64,000 nucleotides of DNA from Tubiluchus corallicola. Taxonomy: Eukaryota > Animalia > Priapulida. Of this stretch, positions 38,201 through 52,700 are shown piece after piece. Below the pieces are notes generated by a model. The model was not told the origin of the DNA. It worked only from the letters and a program-made list of their open reading frames with translations, and did not search any database. The stretch's first letter is position 1. Each line of letters starts with the position of its first letter. The stretch is from positions 124,001 through 188,000 of the forward strand of contig JAQGDQ010000133.1 in NCBI GenBank assembly GCA_030141605.1, read 5' to 3'. Position numbers and translations under genes: made by a program.

Positions 38201-41200
38201 ATTGAAAATAGTTATCGAAAACTTGAAAACTTGCTAAGTCTACTGGGCAGCGGCGGTTTCCCATCTGCGTATTGCAGTGTGATGTTTATTCGAACAGTAG
38301 CGGTGACATTAGGTGAATACTGATCACGCATTACGTATGTATGGAAACACTTCCATGTATTTAAATACAAACAGTTGTATACTTGTTGCAGATTACGCAT
38401 CATGAATTATGTGCACAACATCGTAACTTAAGGCTTATGTGATGATTCGTTGGTATGAAACTATTATATTATAATTGATCTAGAGCGATTTAACGTCAGT
38501 TCCTCAAATCTAATGCTCGGTTCACATGAGCACTGTGCACATCAACAACTAAACAGGAAACATTATGCAGACAGAGCTCGTAATTTACTAATTTGTCTGG
38601 ATAATCACTTATGGTAATTGATAAAGGTACCAATTACATTGACCAGGTAAAAATGTCCCGGATAGACATCCGTTCAACAGAAAATGAAGTACGCAAAAAC
38701 TTAGCCTAGTTGGAATGACCTTGTATGCATCCTATCGCATCTGATGGCTTCTATATGGTTCAGTAGGGCATTGAATGGCATGTTAACTAGCGGCTATGTG
38801 TCACATGACCGTTACAGCTTAGTTAACCAAAAACCAAAAACATGTCTAAGTTTAAACACCAGCTGACTTTTTGGCTAACTTTGGTACATAGTTTTTTGTG
38901 CAACTACATCAGCAGCTGCTCTTTTTGAGTGCCCAACATTTTTTCTTTCTTATGTATAGACAAAAAATCTATTTGCACGGCTTCTTGCAATGGTGAATTA
39001 ATGATCCTTATACACTAAGCCATAATGACCATACATTATCTACTTTCTCCAGATTATGTTGTTACAGCCAGTGACAAACTTGATAGTTTTTTACACACTT
39101 GAATAAACATTAAACAGGTGTCTTCAGAAATGAGCATATAAGTTTAAGCTGTGATGTTTTTTTATTGAGAAGGAAGTAACACCACAAAAATTGATTAGCT
39201 GTGACTGCAAAAAATGCAAAATTGAAATTATTTAGCACCGAGTGAAAATTGTGTGGCATTTTGCAATGCGATGCCAGAAAAATCCAGCCATGCATGTAGT
39301 TGAGTCCATACCCGTTGCAATCGTTATTTTGGATGTCATATTGGATATTGTTATTTAGATAGACGAGGGACTTTATAATATTAAAACTTGGGACCATACC
39401 TATATCTTTTAAAAAGTCATATTGGATGACTATATGTAGTAGAATGTCTTAAAAGGGCAGGCTATATTTAGTTTTTATCTTTTGTGAATGTTACAGAACT
39501 ATACGTTGTGGAGTAATCTGTAGGAAAATTGGAGTGATGCCTCAGTGGCAAAAAGATGGTAAACGCATCTTGACGACACTATTACAGGTAATGCTGATTA
39601 CTACAGGTAACAACAAGAATTGGAATGAATTAGTAAAACATCTCACAGTGTAGAGAAGGAATGATGCAGCAATTCATCCCATCCGTTATATTTTATATTT
39701 AATGTAGTATCTTATAATTATATTTTAATGACAGGTGGCGGATAATCATGTAATTAACTATGTTCCTCCGGAGGCTGTAGAAAAAGTTTCCAGGCTCCCT
39801 AAGAATAAATTGAAGCCAGGAGTGGGGTTTAACATCGTTGGTGCGGAGAGTATTGATCCCAGACAGGTAAATTCATATTTTCTTTTTTGTAAGTTTTTAT
39901 CAGGCTTATAGTTTGTGACTTTTCTGTGGCTTAAAATAATTATGTGATATTTATATAGTTTGTTTTTATAAGTGGACAAGACAATGTGTATATGTTAATC
40001 AGTTTTGGTTTGTGAATGTGTTTATTGATTTTTTTGTTAGTTTGTCGGGTAGTGGTTTATTGGTGGTTAGGGGTGTTTGGGTTTGGGATGTGCCTCAGTA
40101 GTTTGGGATTGTGGTATGGAATGGCAATCGAGTTTAAGGTTAGAATCTTTTGGGGTTCAGATTCAAAAGGTTTGGATCAGGGCTGAGGTTGGGTTCATTG
40201 GTTTGGGATTAGCGTGCTGGATGATAGTCGAGTTCAGTGTTTGGACTTTCAGGGGTTTGCGTTAAAAGATCGGGTTCGGCACTCAACAGAGGTTTGTGTT
40301 CAGGATTTGGGATGGGATTAAATGTTTGGGATGTTGGGATCTGAGAAAAATTTTAGCTCTGGGTGATTTGTATTTGTATCTGATAGTGGCCCATCAGATA
40401 CTGTGTTGAAACTTTAATCCTTCTTTACTTTTTTCAGCACTTTTTGTGGGGATGCTGCCGTAATTTTTCTTGTATGCCATTTAGTTTTGGAATTTATCTG
40501 TTGTCTAAATTTACCTCATTAATGATTCTCACAGCCATGACAGAGTTAGCTATTAAAATGTTTTAAAATGAAAAATATTTTTTAATTCTAGTTTAAAGCG
40601 GAATATTTGGGACTTTTTCAAAAGGCTGGTGTTATGCCAAAACGAATACTGCAAAGGTTTCTAGTCACTCCAAATGCAGCACTGCAACCTGGTATGTACT
40701 TGTGTAGCTTGTAATACCTAGGCCACAGGAGCTATCAGAAGAGTTATGTTACATTAAGTACTTGTTAAAACAAATCTATTTTTTTATTTGCCATTTTAGA
40801 ACCTTTACTGATGTGGAGTCGCACGTCGTAGCATTATGCATAGCGCTGCCGCCATGCGACGCAAAGCTCGGTTACAAATGTGATTTTTTCAAGTCGGAAT
40901 TCACAATAGTCGTAGATTTCAACTTAATGTATATCTAGGCCTAAAAGTGCACTTGACTTTACATGCTGAACTACTTTTAACTACCACAAAGTAGAAGTTC
41001 AGATTTTTAGAGTTTGGCCATGTGATTAGAGATCTTCACATGATGCTGTCATTGAGTTTCAGTTGCTTTGCTTGTGTTTAACAGCTTCAAATGTCTTCCA
41101 GTCGAGATACTTCTTTACTGATAGTTTTCAGATTTTATGACACCTCTGCACATGTCATGAAGTTTATATTTTTTTCGATACCTCTATTCTTGAAAGCGGC

Positions 41201-44200
41201 TTTAGCGAAACTAAATGTTTTTACTTAAACAATCTAAAATCTAAAGCTTTGTGTCGGACAATATTTAACATACTTTAGGTTTGTTAAATATTTCACCAAT
41301 AATTTCATAGAATATTGTTGAAACTGTTACTTTTCTCACTTTGCTGATATGACCTGGTAACAGGTGCTACTTTATCTTGTAGGTACTCCACTTACTGCAC
41401 TGCATTTTAAAGTTGGAGACTATGTTGACTGCCAAGCTAAAACGCAAGTATTATTATCTAGTAGTTAGACACTATACTGTGCTTATTGCCATCTTTTGAC
41501 AAACTGTTATTTTGTAGCCAAGTTAAAGAGTGATATAATTATTCTACTTGCTACTGCAAGTGGTTGCAATAGCTGCTTGGGATGACTTGAAGTATTTTTA
41601 GCTTTAATGATTAAATAGTCAATTAGACCTGTGTCAGATAGAACTGGACATAATCTGTAAGGCGTAAGCCGTGAGGAGAAAAAGGCATCTTATAAAAATG
41701 AATATACACTGATCAAGTGCATTTGCCATAATCTATGGTACACTCCTTACAAGCCATTCGTGAAATGAATTTGGCCGTCTTTTGCTTGTCGCTAACGTGA
41801 AAATTAGTGTAATTAAGCTTTTTTCTATACACAATTCATTTATATTATAAGAATTTATAACACCGACATAACATAAACATTAAAAAGTATTTTTAACCTA
41901 CAACACATATTTATGAATGCTATACTACTAACAATAAACATAAGAAACGTATACTACGTATAAGAGACAGCATACAGTCAATCGTATTATACAATGCATG
42001 CGATTGACAATCAGTGTTATTCCGTAAAAAGAAATCTGTTATTCTGTAGTGACTAATGAATAATGTTTCTTAAACAGTGGTTAATAAAAATTGAAATTAA
42101 CACAAATATTTGACAATAAACCGTTCTATCTCATTAACACCTTATCTAGTCATCTGTATGTGAACATGAAACAAACGTGCCATAAATTTCCAAGCTTACA
42201 GCGAAGCTTTTTAATATGAACGAGCAAGGATTGTTTTATTCTGTTTGTAGATTGTGTGGTTTATGATTATGTGTGGTTTCAGCTTACTGTACTAAGTTAC
42301 TAGTAAACATCTTGCTATAAATTTACAGATTACATTAAACTAGTAGCATAGTAACTATTAAACTATAGTATCTATTATATTAAAATATAGTTTCATGCCT
42401 CCTGCCAAAAACGGATTATGGCAAAATGCCTTGCTAGTTATACAGAGCAAGGCGTATACCACAGATTATAACATGTGTCTTACCAAAGATGGAAGATGCC
42501 TTATGGATTGTGGATTGCTCCTTACAGTTTTTTCTGTGTGACACGGGCCTTATGGAGTCAGCAGATTACAGTCATTCTGTTCTAGCCGTGGGTAAAATGA
42601 AAACATCCATGAAAATGCTTAAGTCGGCTGACAGCAAATTTTGTATTCTAATATTTTGTTGATTTAGCCCCTTAAAAGCTCAGCGTTTTGGAGATAGTCT
42701 AATGTGTGTGGTTTTCATTAACAATAGAAATGAATGATCCATTTTGTATTTATTCATAGTAAAACTGGTTGTTTTTCCAGGATAGATTATGGCTTTCAGG
42801 GCGTGGTCAAAAGATGGGGAATGAAAGGTGGTCCGGCATCACACGGCACTACTAAAGCACACCGCCGGATGGGATCAGCTGGTCCAGGTGGGGTAGGTAT
42901 TTTCAGTTAACTGGCACTCCATCCTATAAGTGCAGCTAATAGTTTAATAGGTATTTGACAATAGAAATGTTGGCATATGATATTCGATGGCCTTAGTATT
43001 CTAAAATGCTGCATGCAAGTATTAATGCAAATGTGGCGCAATTTTTTTGGATAAGTACAGTTTTTGTATTTGCAATGTGGAATTGTGATCGCCTAGCTGC
43101 TTTGTGTTTTGGGGTAGCACTGTTGATAACACATGGCAAAGTAAATTTGTATTTGTTTCCGACCGACTTAGCTTGCGCTATGATGATAGGTAGTGAATGA
43201 AATGATGGCAGTTGTGAGTATTGCAGGCATGTATTTTTTACAATGAAGAACAATGAAACAATAGTTAATAGAATAATTTACTTTTTCTTTATCCCATTCT
43301 TGGGTAATTTCCCCATCATTTTTTTAATGCCATGCAGTGTCATTTTTTCAAGCACAGTCATTGCAGGCGCCTATGTTGTTATTTTGCTGATTGATGAGGA
43401 AATCATCTGCAGTTACCAATTTTAGGTTGAATGTTTATTACATGCATTAGGCCAGTTGGTACAGCGATAAGCAGACGAACTTGAATAATGTGGTATGATG
43501 TAGCATATGTCTGACTTTTACCTAACTTATTCAACGATGTGGAATTTAGCTATTTTTTTGTTGTGTTTTAGGATCCATCAAGAATTTTCCCTGGAAAAAA
43601 AATGCCTGGTCATATGGGAAGTGAGCGCAGAACACTAAAGGGAGTCCAGGTAAATCTTTAAACTTGCTTTATTCGTATTTATGAGGCGAGGTGCATAGTA
43701 CAGTAGTCACAGCATCACCTTGGTGACAGAACTTAAGTGTGGCATCAAGGTTAGTCAGTGACTGGGTGACCCACTTTGATTCTCGTTCTGGGTGGTTTCA
43801 TCTGCCGATTATGGCTTATGATGAGCACATTGACGAGACTTGATGAGTCAAATCCAGGTCTCGCCACTCTGTGACGCCACTCTGGGTTGTGGAACAATGT
43901 ATGCAACCAGCTAGGATGTCTGGGGTGCGCTGTAAGCTCACCCAGCAACATCCGGGATGGACCTCAGACACCAAAGCATTTTGGAGGCCTAACATGAGAT
44001 CTAAATTCTGGTACACAGACTTCCTCTAGCAAGAAAAATGCACCTAGAAGAAGTCTGTTTTTAAGTACATTTGAAGAATAGGCAATTGGTAATTTTTAGG
44101 TAATTTATGTCAAAATATTGCTCATGAGCAGGGCTGGATAACCCTATAGGCTGCAGCCTACGGACTCTCAAGGTCTGGGGGGGCAGTACTTTGCATTGCT

Positions 44201-47200
44201 AAATAATTCATATAACTTATTAATAAAATTTCAAATTTAAAATAGAAGGCCATCGGTTTAAAAGTCCAATTTTAAAGTGACTCCTCATTTGAGATAAAGG
44301 ATTCCTGTTTGAGGCCTTTTATTTGAGACAAAGGGCCCTTGTTTGAGACCCTTTATTTGAGGTAGGGGCTCTCAGTTATTCAAATGTTGCTGAAATATAT
44401 ATCAAGTAAAAAATATGCGAGACGAGTATCAGCAACTTAGAGGGTGGCTTTGTCTGAGGAGGCTCCATAATTTCATTAGCCTAAGGTCCCCAAAGGGTCA
44501 TAATGCGACCCTGCTCATGAGCCATAACATATCTAAAATTTAGTTGCCGTACAAGTTTATTTAGTTGTACTAGGCCTTGTCCTTTTATTAAAGCAAAAAC
44601 GGACCCAATGTTAAACTGTAGGTCAAGATAATTTGCTCTTAAAATAATGAATGGAAACATACTAACATGTATTTTTTCCAAAATGACTTTGGTGAAAGAA
44701 TTGTTAGCACACAAACACAATTTCGCGTTTGTGCTACTAATTGTTCGTTGTTACATGCATTTCGCCATTCGCTAGTTAGACGGGCACTAGCACCTGCTTT
44801 TCTATAACACATTGCACAAAAACAGGTGCTGTACCTCTCAGTTCAGATATGTTAGTTTGTGACAAACTACATATGTTTGACAGCTCATGTGCTTGCAGTA
44901 AATTTGAATTTTTATCTTTTAAAACTTGTCTAGTTTTAGTACAGCATACTGAATATCTTACAGTAGCACTTCACTTTTCGCTTTTGCAAACACATGAAAC
45001 ATGCTCGTAGAACATTTTTGGTGTTGAAAATTATGTTAGTTTGTGATGTCATGAATAGCTGGGCTCGCTCGTCATTAATTAAATTTTTAATCAGAAACAC
45101 TTTTGCAGTATTAATTGTGTTAAAATGTGTACCTTTTATAGGACTTGAAAATGGGGTAGTATATGAAAAAATCATCCTGTGTTCCTTTAAGTTTTTAATC
45201 TGCAGTGTTGCACTTTTGGTATCATTACAACAGTAAAGTGCATTCGCGTACCCTTATTCTACGTGCTTTGTTCCCGGACAATTCTTTTCACTAGTACTAT
45301 CGGTGGGTGATTCTATTTCTGGAAAAGTGAGGGGAAGTTCTATTTCACAGCAATCGCATTTATGCCATGTTTATGTTGAGCTAACAGTTGGAGAAAAATT
45401 GGTAGTAAGGGAGGTTACCATTAAAATCTTCCTTAGAAGAAAGGGAGTCTCCCAAAATCCAGTGTTGGAGTGTCTGCAGTATTTATTGCAACTAATGCAG
45501 ACTGAGGTCTCAGGGTAGGTGTAATTCAAAAATTGTGTCATATCAAAAGACAGGCTTTATCTCGATGATGCAGTCTGTTGCTGCTTTGTAATTACATGAT
45601 GAAGAGCAGATTTAGAACAGCGTGCTTTCACAATTTTGTGTAGTTTTACTTACGCTTTTCTGGATTAGGCTTGCAGTAACAAGCACAGTCGTTCTTATTT
45701 AAGTTACATGTATGTGCTAAATTGCTAGTTCTATATTATACCGTTTTAAGTTTCTAGATACACCACTGAAAATAATAAAAGCTCGACTTCAGTACCTATA
45801 CCAAAAGCTTAGCCGTAGATTATTTTGAAACCAACCTGTAAATTCTGACGAATTAAAAATAATTTTATCTGTAAAAAGACATGTACTTATTTTAAACAAA
45901 GAGAAACAATGTGAAGAGAATGCACTTAACACATACTAAGGCTGTCCATCTCTACATTTACTAGTACTAGTACCCAAAATCTATGCATCTGTCCTTTTTA
46001 ATAGCTCTACAGTCCACAATAAGTAAGTAATATTGCTGATTTAATGCACAGATGATTCTGTTAATACAATAGAGTCGAGATAGAATCAAATAGTTCTTTT
46101 ACATGACTTGATCTGGCTTGCTGCTTTAATACTACACTAAAATCACTATGGTCAATTGAGTATACTAAAGCGGTTAAAATACTGACACAGTGAAAACTAA
46201 AAAGCAATGAAAAATCTAAACAGTACAACTATAAGTAAAACACCACATTGCTTGTTATGATCTAGCAGCAGTTACAGAACCCCAGTAACTACAGTATGTA
46301 TTACGTAACATATTCGATAATGGAAACAAGACACGTGTGCACTTAGGCAAGACATTCACGATTCTTCACATGTGACCAGCAGGCAAATGCCAAGTTGAAT
46401 AAATGGCGTTGTTTTTTGCACAGCTAGGCATGGGATAGAAAGCAATGCCATTACTAATTTGAATTGGACAGATTTTGAATGCCTTCAAGCGTCCTGCCTA
46501 AAACTGCAATTGTAATGATTTCACAATACATATAGCCTATGGATAATACGATTGCAAAATGTTAGTGAATATCAACAGCAATACTGAATTATTAGAACGA
46601 CTTACAAGTGCTTTTCACATTTTTTGAAAATAAGATGCGTATAGAGCATGCATATATGGACTGCTTGTCAGTGTGGCCACAAATCCAGTGTTGAGTAGGA
46701 CCTGCCGCTCAAAGCTGGATTTTTGCTTGCAGGATTTCGAAATATGCTAAAAAAATTTAGCACCTACTTTAAGGGATTTTTTATTAAATGTGCACTTTTT
46801 GTATTTGGATACATATTGCTGTTTCAGAACTTGTTAACTCCAGGCAAATTTTTTTTCTTCATTATATGTTTTCAATTTTTTTGTTTTTTTATGTTTTGTA
46901 AAGCAAAATGACTTATTTGCTGCTCCGCGCTACAATTCTGTGCTAGACTTCTCTTAAAATAGATTGGAAACAGCCTGACTAACATGACTTTGAAACTAGC
47001 AGTGAAACTTTGGTTGATTTTGTTACAGCCCCCTCCCCTTTCTCAAAATCTGTGTGCATTTGTAGATGATGTAATGTATTTTACGTAAAGCTTAGGTTTT
47101 TGAAGAAAAAAGAGATGGAGCTTCCTCACCTGCTGAACTAATAGTCTTTTGTATTTAACCTATGAATGTCATATTTCATTTTGTTCTGAAAATTAAAATG

Positions 47201-47569
47201 TCATTTGTGAAAAAATTCGACCCAAATAAATATATTGCAGTGGTAGGCTTAACTGTATTGTCTTCTTTTAACATCACCAATTGTTTGTCAGTGGTGCTCT
47301 TACTATTTTTGACACATTTGCAGATTTTGAAAATTGATACAAAGCATGATATCCTGTACGTACGCGGACCCGCCATTCCAGGGCCTACCAACTGCTTTGT
47401 ACATGTGATGGACACACTCATGGTTCATAAAACATTCAATGATAAGCCAGATGCATTTCCGACGTGGTATCCTGATGATCACATAGGCGAGGAGATACCG
47501 GAAGAAATATTCCACGAGAGCTTGTTTCAGTTCACGATGCCTAGCATTAAATTTGAACCAGAGAAATGA
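35203..47569 (+). CDS. MRPL3: Mitochondrial large-subunit ribosomal protein uL3m, 365 aa
   Basis: Exons 35203-35273, 37004-37210, 39497-39587, 39735-39866, 40592-40691, 41383-41443, 42781-42892, 43572-43649, 47324-47569 join in frame. They give a transit-like N-terminus, [70 protein letters not shown] and AFPT. One GC-AG intron. Confidence 0.95.
40040..40345 (+). repeat. Degenerate G/T-rich (GGGTTN)-like tract
   Basis: Many GGGTT/GGTTAG/GGTTTG words with strong G+T skew in MRPL3 intron 4. Confidence 0.5.
41626..42549. mobile_element. PIF/Harbinger-type MITE
   Basis: TIRs GACCTGTGTCAGA / GGCCCGTGTCACA (rc) with TTA on both flanks (41623-41625, 42550-42552). Internal inverted subrepeats CTGTAAGG/CCTTACAG, GCCATAATC/GATTATGGC, AGGCATCTT/AAGATGCCT. 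Confidence 0.7.
43685..43990 (+). mobile_element. SINE-like element with tRNA-like head plus 5S-derived segment
   Basis: GCATAGTACAGTAGTC (A-box-like), then GAACTTAAGTG...GGTTAGTCAGTGACTGGGTGACC (5S-like), then GTTTCATCTGCC as in the 657-1070 copy; GC-rich body. Boundaries are approximate. Confidence 0.5.
44129..44513. mobile_element. hAT-type MITE
   Basis: TIRs CAGGGCTGGATAA / CAGGGTCGCATTA (rc) with a perfect 8-bp TSD CTCATGAG at 44121-44128 and 44514-44521. Internal TTTGAGA(C/T)A/GG repeats. Confidence 0.85.
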
Positions 47570-48788
47570 TCTATTGTGTGAATCAGCCACACGGCTGGTA
47601 ATACCCTTTGTTTAAGAACTTTTCTGTACATATCACCTGTAAACAAACTAGAAATGAAGAAGTTTGTGATCTGCTGATAGTTATGTTTTGTATAGATAAA
47701 CAGAACTGAAATATTGCCATAACTAGCTCCACATTTTAAGCATAGAATTAAGAAGTAAAAACACAGGTGATCTTTATCCCAATGTATTGCCATGATTACC
47801 CTTTGCATCTGTGATCTTAGTGCCAGAATCTTGACACAGCAAGATGTCAAAGATACATTTACACTGTATCTGGCTTGCATTGATTTGATAATTCCATCAT
47901 TTCTGCATTAATAGCCTCGTTATATCACTAAACTCAGATTTTACCTGCAAAATGGACAGGTACGAAACGCTTATATTCAAATGTATATAAAAATAATTCG
48001 TTATACTGCCTCCTATTATTTGTCATCTGCCAGGCAAATTAATATTATGCATGTTCGATGGTGAAATACTCTGCTTGTATACTTTGTTTCACTGCTTTGC
48101 GATTCATGGCCATGTTTAACACACCTCACTGTAATGCCAAAATCGCTATAATGTAAACATTTCAGGTTCCATAGTGGGCAGTATAGAGGTTTGGCTGTAT
48201 TTTTTTAATTTTATAGTAGCACTCACTCAATGTAGTTCACCGTGACAGTACTGGAATTTACCTTTCATCAAAGGTTCAGATGAAATGCTTCACTGACAGA
48301 TGCAACAGCTGTGCATGGATGCGTATATATCCTTTCTTAATGAACTAGTCATGATCATTTGGCATGACACCTGAAACCATCCCAAACCATCTATACATTT
48401 ATCAGTTTAACTGGGCATTGTTTAACCTGCAGCTAAGTATGCACTATGACCACTCAGCTATTCCTGTCAATGGCAATATGCATATCAGAACTCGAAATGC
48501 ATATCAGGATTGTTGTTAACAGACTTTTACACATTGCACAATGTTTCATCATGCTTGTTGCACATCAGTTTACTAGCTTTGTGTGAGCTGCTTAAAAACA
48601 CAAATAACAAAGAAAATCCTTTGAACAATAAAATTCTTATATGAACAATAAAGTAAATAATTTCTAACATGATTTTGTGTGAGCACACCGTGTGATAAAG
48701 AATTGTAAAGTTATTACATACATACAGTCCCATTATAATGATAAACTTGATGCAGACATATGCTAATAAAATTAGGCATGCATTTTAC

Positions 48789-49062
48789 AGCAAGTTATAG
48801 AGTTACTGGTATCTCATTAAAGTTAGCTATCAACACTCCTAACCAAAGTATTGGTAAACAAAGTGTTCTAGAAATGAAAAATTGAAATGTACATGATTAT
48901 GACACAAATGACAGTATTTGAAGCAAGAATAAGAGTTACTGGTATCTCATTAAAGTTAGCTATCAACACTCCTAACCAAAGTATTAGTAAACAAAGTGTT
49001 CTAGAAACAAAAAATTCAAATGCGCATGATTATGACACAAATGATAGTATTTGGTGCAAGAA
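48789..49062. repeat. ~133-bp tandem duplication between MRPL3 and GOT2
   Basis: AGAGTTACTGGTATCTCATTAAAGTTAGCTATCAACACTCCTAACCAAAG... starts at 48799 and 48932, with few mismatches. Confidence 0.9.
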
Positions 49063-49721
49063 AAATAGTGCCTACTAAATACTGAAAATACTATCTCTAG
49101 AAATGCTGAAAATACGATTAATCCATAAACAATTATAACTTGATAATCTACGAATGAGCAGAGCTAGTCATGTAGCTAGGACTAGGAATACACACAATTT
49201 CCAGGTTTAATAGATTATCACCGGCAACACATTTTGCATGATGCAATAACAATCAAAGCTAAACAGAAAATAAGATCACCTGTAGCAATTACAATATCGT
49301 TATGAGCAAATTTTGATCACTTATACTAGAAGACACAATCCTTATGTTATTTGCTTATCTTAATACAGAAACTGTTACAGTTAATAATGTTTTCCAGTAA
49401 TTATAAGGCTGGCATTCTTTTGTAAATGATAGGAACTAACAGTCTTTGCTGAACGCCTATTTATTGGGAAATGCGTTCCAGGCTTTTAAGAAAAACTATT
49501 CTCTGGAATTGTTAACTAAAACAGTTTCGACCTACATACAATCGCTAACATGCTGAAAGACAATTAAACAATGTGGAGACCTGTTTTGCTACTGGAATAA
49601 TTGTAGGCAATTTGTTGGGACACTAGGCTTGGTCTGTTCAATGTTCACAAGTTCCTAAGAGTGTCAAATTACACAAATATATACGCATATAACAACAAGG
49701 ATGGCCATTTGTGAATCAGTT

Positions 49722-52700
49722 CTACTTTGTGACATCATGAATTGCTTTGGCAAGGTAGCCAACATTTTTCGAAGTTATGCCAGCAATCGATATGCGACCA
49801 TCTTTCGTGAGGTAAACACTGTGGTCTTTCGTAATCTTCTCACACTAAAAAAATATGTGAAATCTTGTTAACAGAGTTCTATAATTCTGTTTAGTGTTCA
49901 GACCAACACAACAGGTGAAATTTTTTGTAAAAAGGACATAGCTAACCTTTAATGACTGCAGTTTTAAAACATTTTCAAAAAACTCATTTCTCTAAGAATA
50001 AGACGTTCAAATAAAAGTGACTGTAAAAAACCCATATAATTATATAAATCTATTAAAAATTCCGACATCTGCAAAATGTTAAACTGCACTATCTTAAATG
50101 CTATACATGCAACACAACCAAACACCATATTCTATTAACAATAGCTCTAACAAACAGCATTGAAAGTGCCCTGTAGAGCCCGAAAGGCATGAATCGTTCA
50201 AATTTTTCTGGAAGCCAGCTGATCAATTTTTAAAAATACATGTTCCGTTATTCACTCAAATTGCATTATAAACCGTAGCCGAATAGTTTTATTTATTCGT
50301 TGGTGACATAAGCTCTTGCGGCTTGTAGTCGTGTGTTTTAAAGTTGACGTAAAATAAATGTTTATCTTATCTTACCTCATTATAATACCAGCTTGTGCCC
50401 TGTATAAGACATGGCATTATACTGAGGCTTTACTATGCTACAGTTCCTGCATTCTGATTGAGAAAATGTCATGCCTGATTATTGCAATGTCACTTTACTA
50501 TGATAAAGATTATTGTTTGTGTATCTGCACAATGACTGGAATCCAATCTGTTGTTAAAAATGTTTCAGTGAGGCTAGGAAATGAGCAAATTAATAAATAC
50601 GATAAGCCATTTAATAAGTGATCTTCATACTTGTCTTATCCCCCAATGACCAAGTTAAAAATGAGGTTCAAACCTGCTCTGGCGTCATCCCAGTAAAACA
50701 GAACATGCCAATCTGATCTGTTATGTGTTGCCAGTTTCTCGACGACCCCTCCTTAGCTAGATTATCTCTCAACTGTTGCCTCATTGAAATGATACGATGT
50801 GCCATTCCTTTGACCTCTTCTAACCTGAAAAGACATTTGCTTAAACAGAACGTTCAAAATTTATGCATTCAAATACTGATACATTAAACAAATGCATTGC
50901 ATTAATTACAATATGTCATACCACAGCAGTTGGCCATACAGCAAGTTTATAGTCTTTAATGATTCTGCAATATTGCACCACTCACCATTGAGCTCTGAGC
51001 TCGGGTGTTGTTAAGACAGTAGTCACTATACGCGCTCCATGAATAGGAGGATTGGAGTACATAGGCCGGATGATAATTTTCACCTGAGACATTACACGGG
51101 CCACTTCCTCTTTAGAGTCGCAAATAATTGTATATGCTCCAGCTCTCTCACCTGGAAATAAACGTACAAACAAGATTAAAATAAGAATAGACAACGTGGA
51201 ACAAGTGTTTATTGAGAAGTCAAAGTAACAGATGCATATTGGCAAACAGACTATTCATAAAGCATTAAAATTACTTACAAAATTACACAATGGTGCATTA
51301 ATTGCATTACATTTCCAATTAAGAATGCTTTGCTCTCTTATTAACTTGCAAAATTGCAGGAGTTGAATGAACCATGTGCAACTCTAGTAACAACTTCACA
51401 AAAACATCATTAAGCAAAAGCATATTTTAAAAAGTTAAAGTCAGACTATCAGATAACGTGCTAAAGTGAACATTTCCAATACTATTAAGACAACCCCAGT
51501 TCCTAATCATTAGTTTATAGAGACAAGAATGGCTAGGGACCACAAAAAACATCCATTGTTATACTTTTCTGGACACTTTTGAAATAATATTTAATAACAC
51601 CAAACTAAGCCAAGTTGACTGCTTACCATACAATCCCATGTTCTTAGCAAACGATTGAGCTAAGCAAATATTGTGCCCATCTTTCAAAAACAAACGAACA
51701 GCTGCTGCATCTTTGTCGCAATCACTGCTGGCAAAGCCCTGGTAAGCCATGTCAAAAAATGGAAACAGCTGCCTATCCTGGTAAAAGAGAGAAAAACCAT
51801 CAATCTGGGAAATGCGAAAACATATTTATGAACATGCAAAAAGTTAGCACACCAGCGATTGTTTGTTACCAGTCTTGCTAATCTATATACCTGGTAAAGC
51901 ACATATTCATAGATATCCAAACACGTATTCATAACAAACATCTGTTAAATGACATGTGTAAATGTGTACATTTTGTTACAAACAAAGTATTTTTCATCAA
52001 AAACTGACAATGTGATTTAAGTATTGTAGCACTATAGTCAACAAATTTGCGACATTGAAAATATCATTCAAGCAAATGGTACACTGTCCAATACCAAAGC
52101 AATTTCAATAATAAAACATCGTCACTGTCAGGCTTGGGACACGATAACTGATTATAATGGAAAATGATTATAACTGTGATTGGGACATGATGCAAAATGA
52201 TTATAACTGTGATTACAACAGATAACTTTGAAATACAAAGTTTTACAATTATAATTGAGTTACAATTCAGGAAAAAATTATGCTGCCTGGTGTGCTACAA
52301 GAGAACTTTTTGGAAGGAGTTTACAATCACCACACAATTTAAATACCCTAACCCTAATCCAACCCTAATCTTAATCCTAACTCTAATCCATTTCACGATA
52401 ATTTCTTGTGTGTGGGGAATCAGTGTAAATTGGTTCATTCAGCTCTAGCACTTTGTTTTTAACTTATAATTAGGTGCACAATCGTAAATGACCAGCTCAG
52501 TAAAGTTGAAACATCATCACTGCAATTCCTGAACTGAAAAGAGGACACTGTGACGGTGCTGTAACCTTCACATTGAAATATTGTCATTGTGGCTTCCAAG
52601 CCGAGAGATTCGTACATTTGTGATATGTTGTCACAGCAACTTCAGACATTAATCGTATGTCACGAGAAAACGTGTAACCGCAACACTAACACTGACAACA

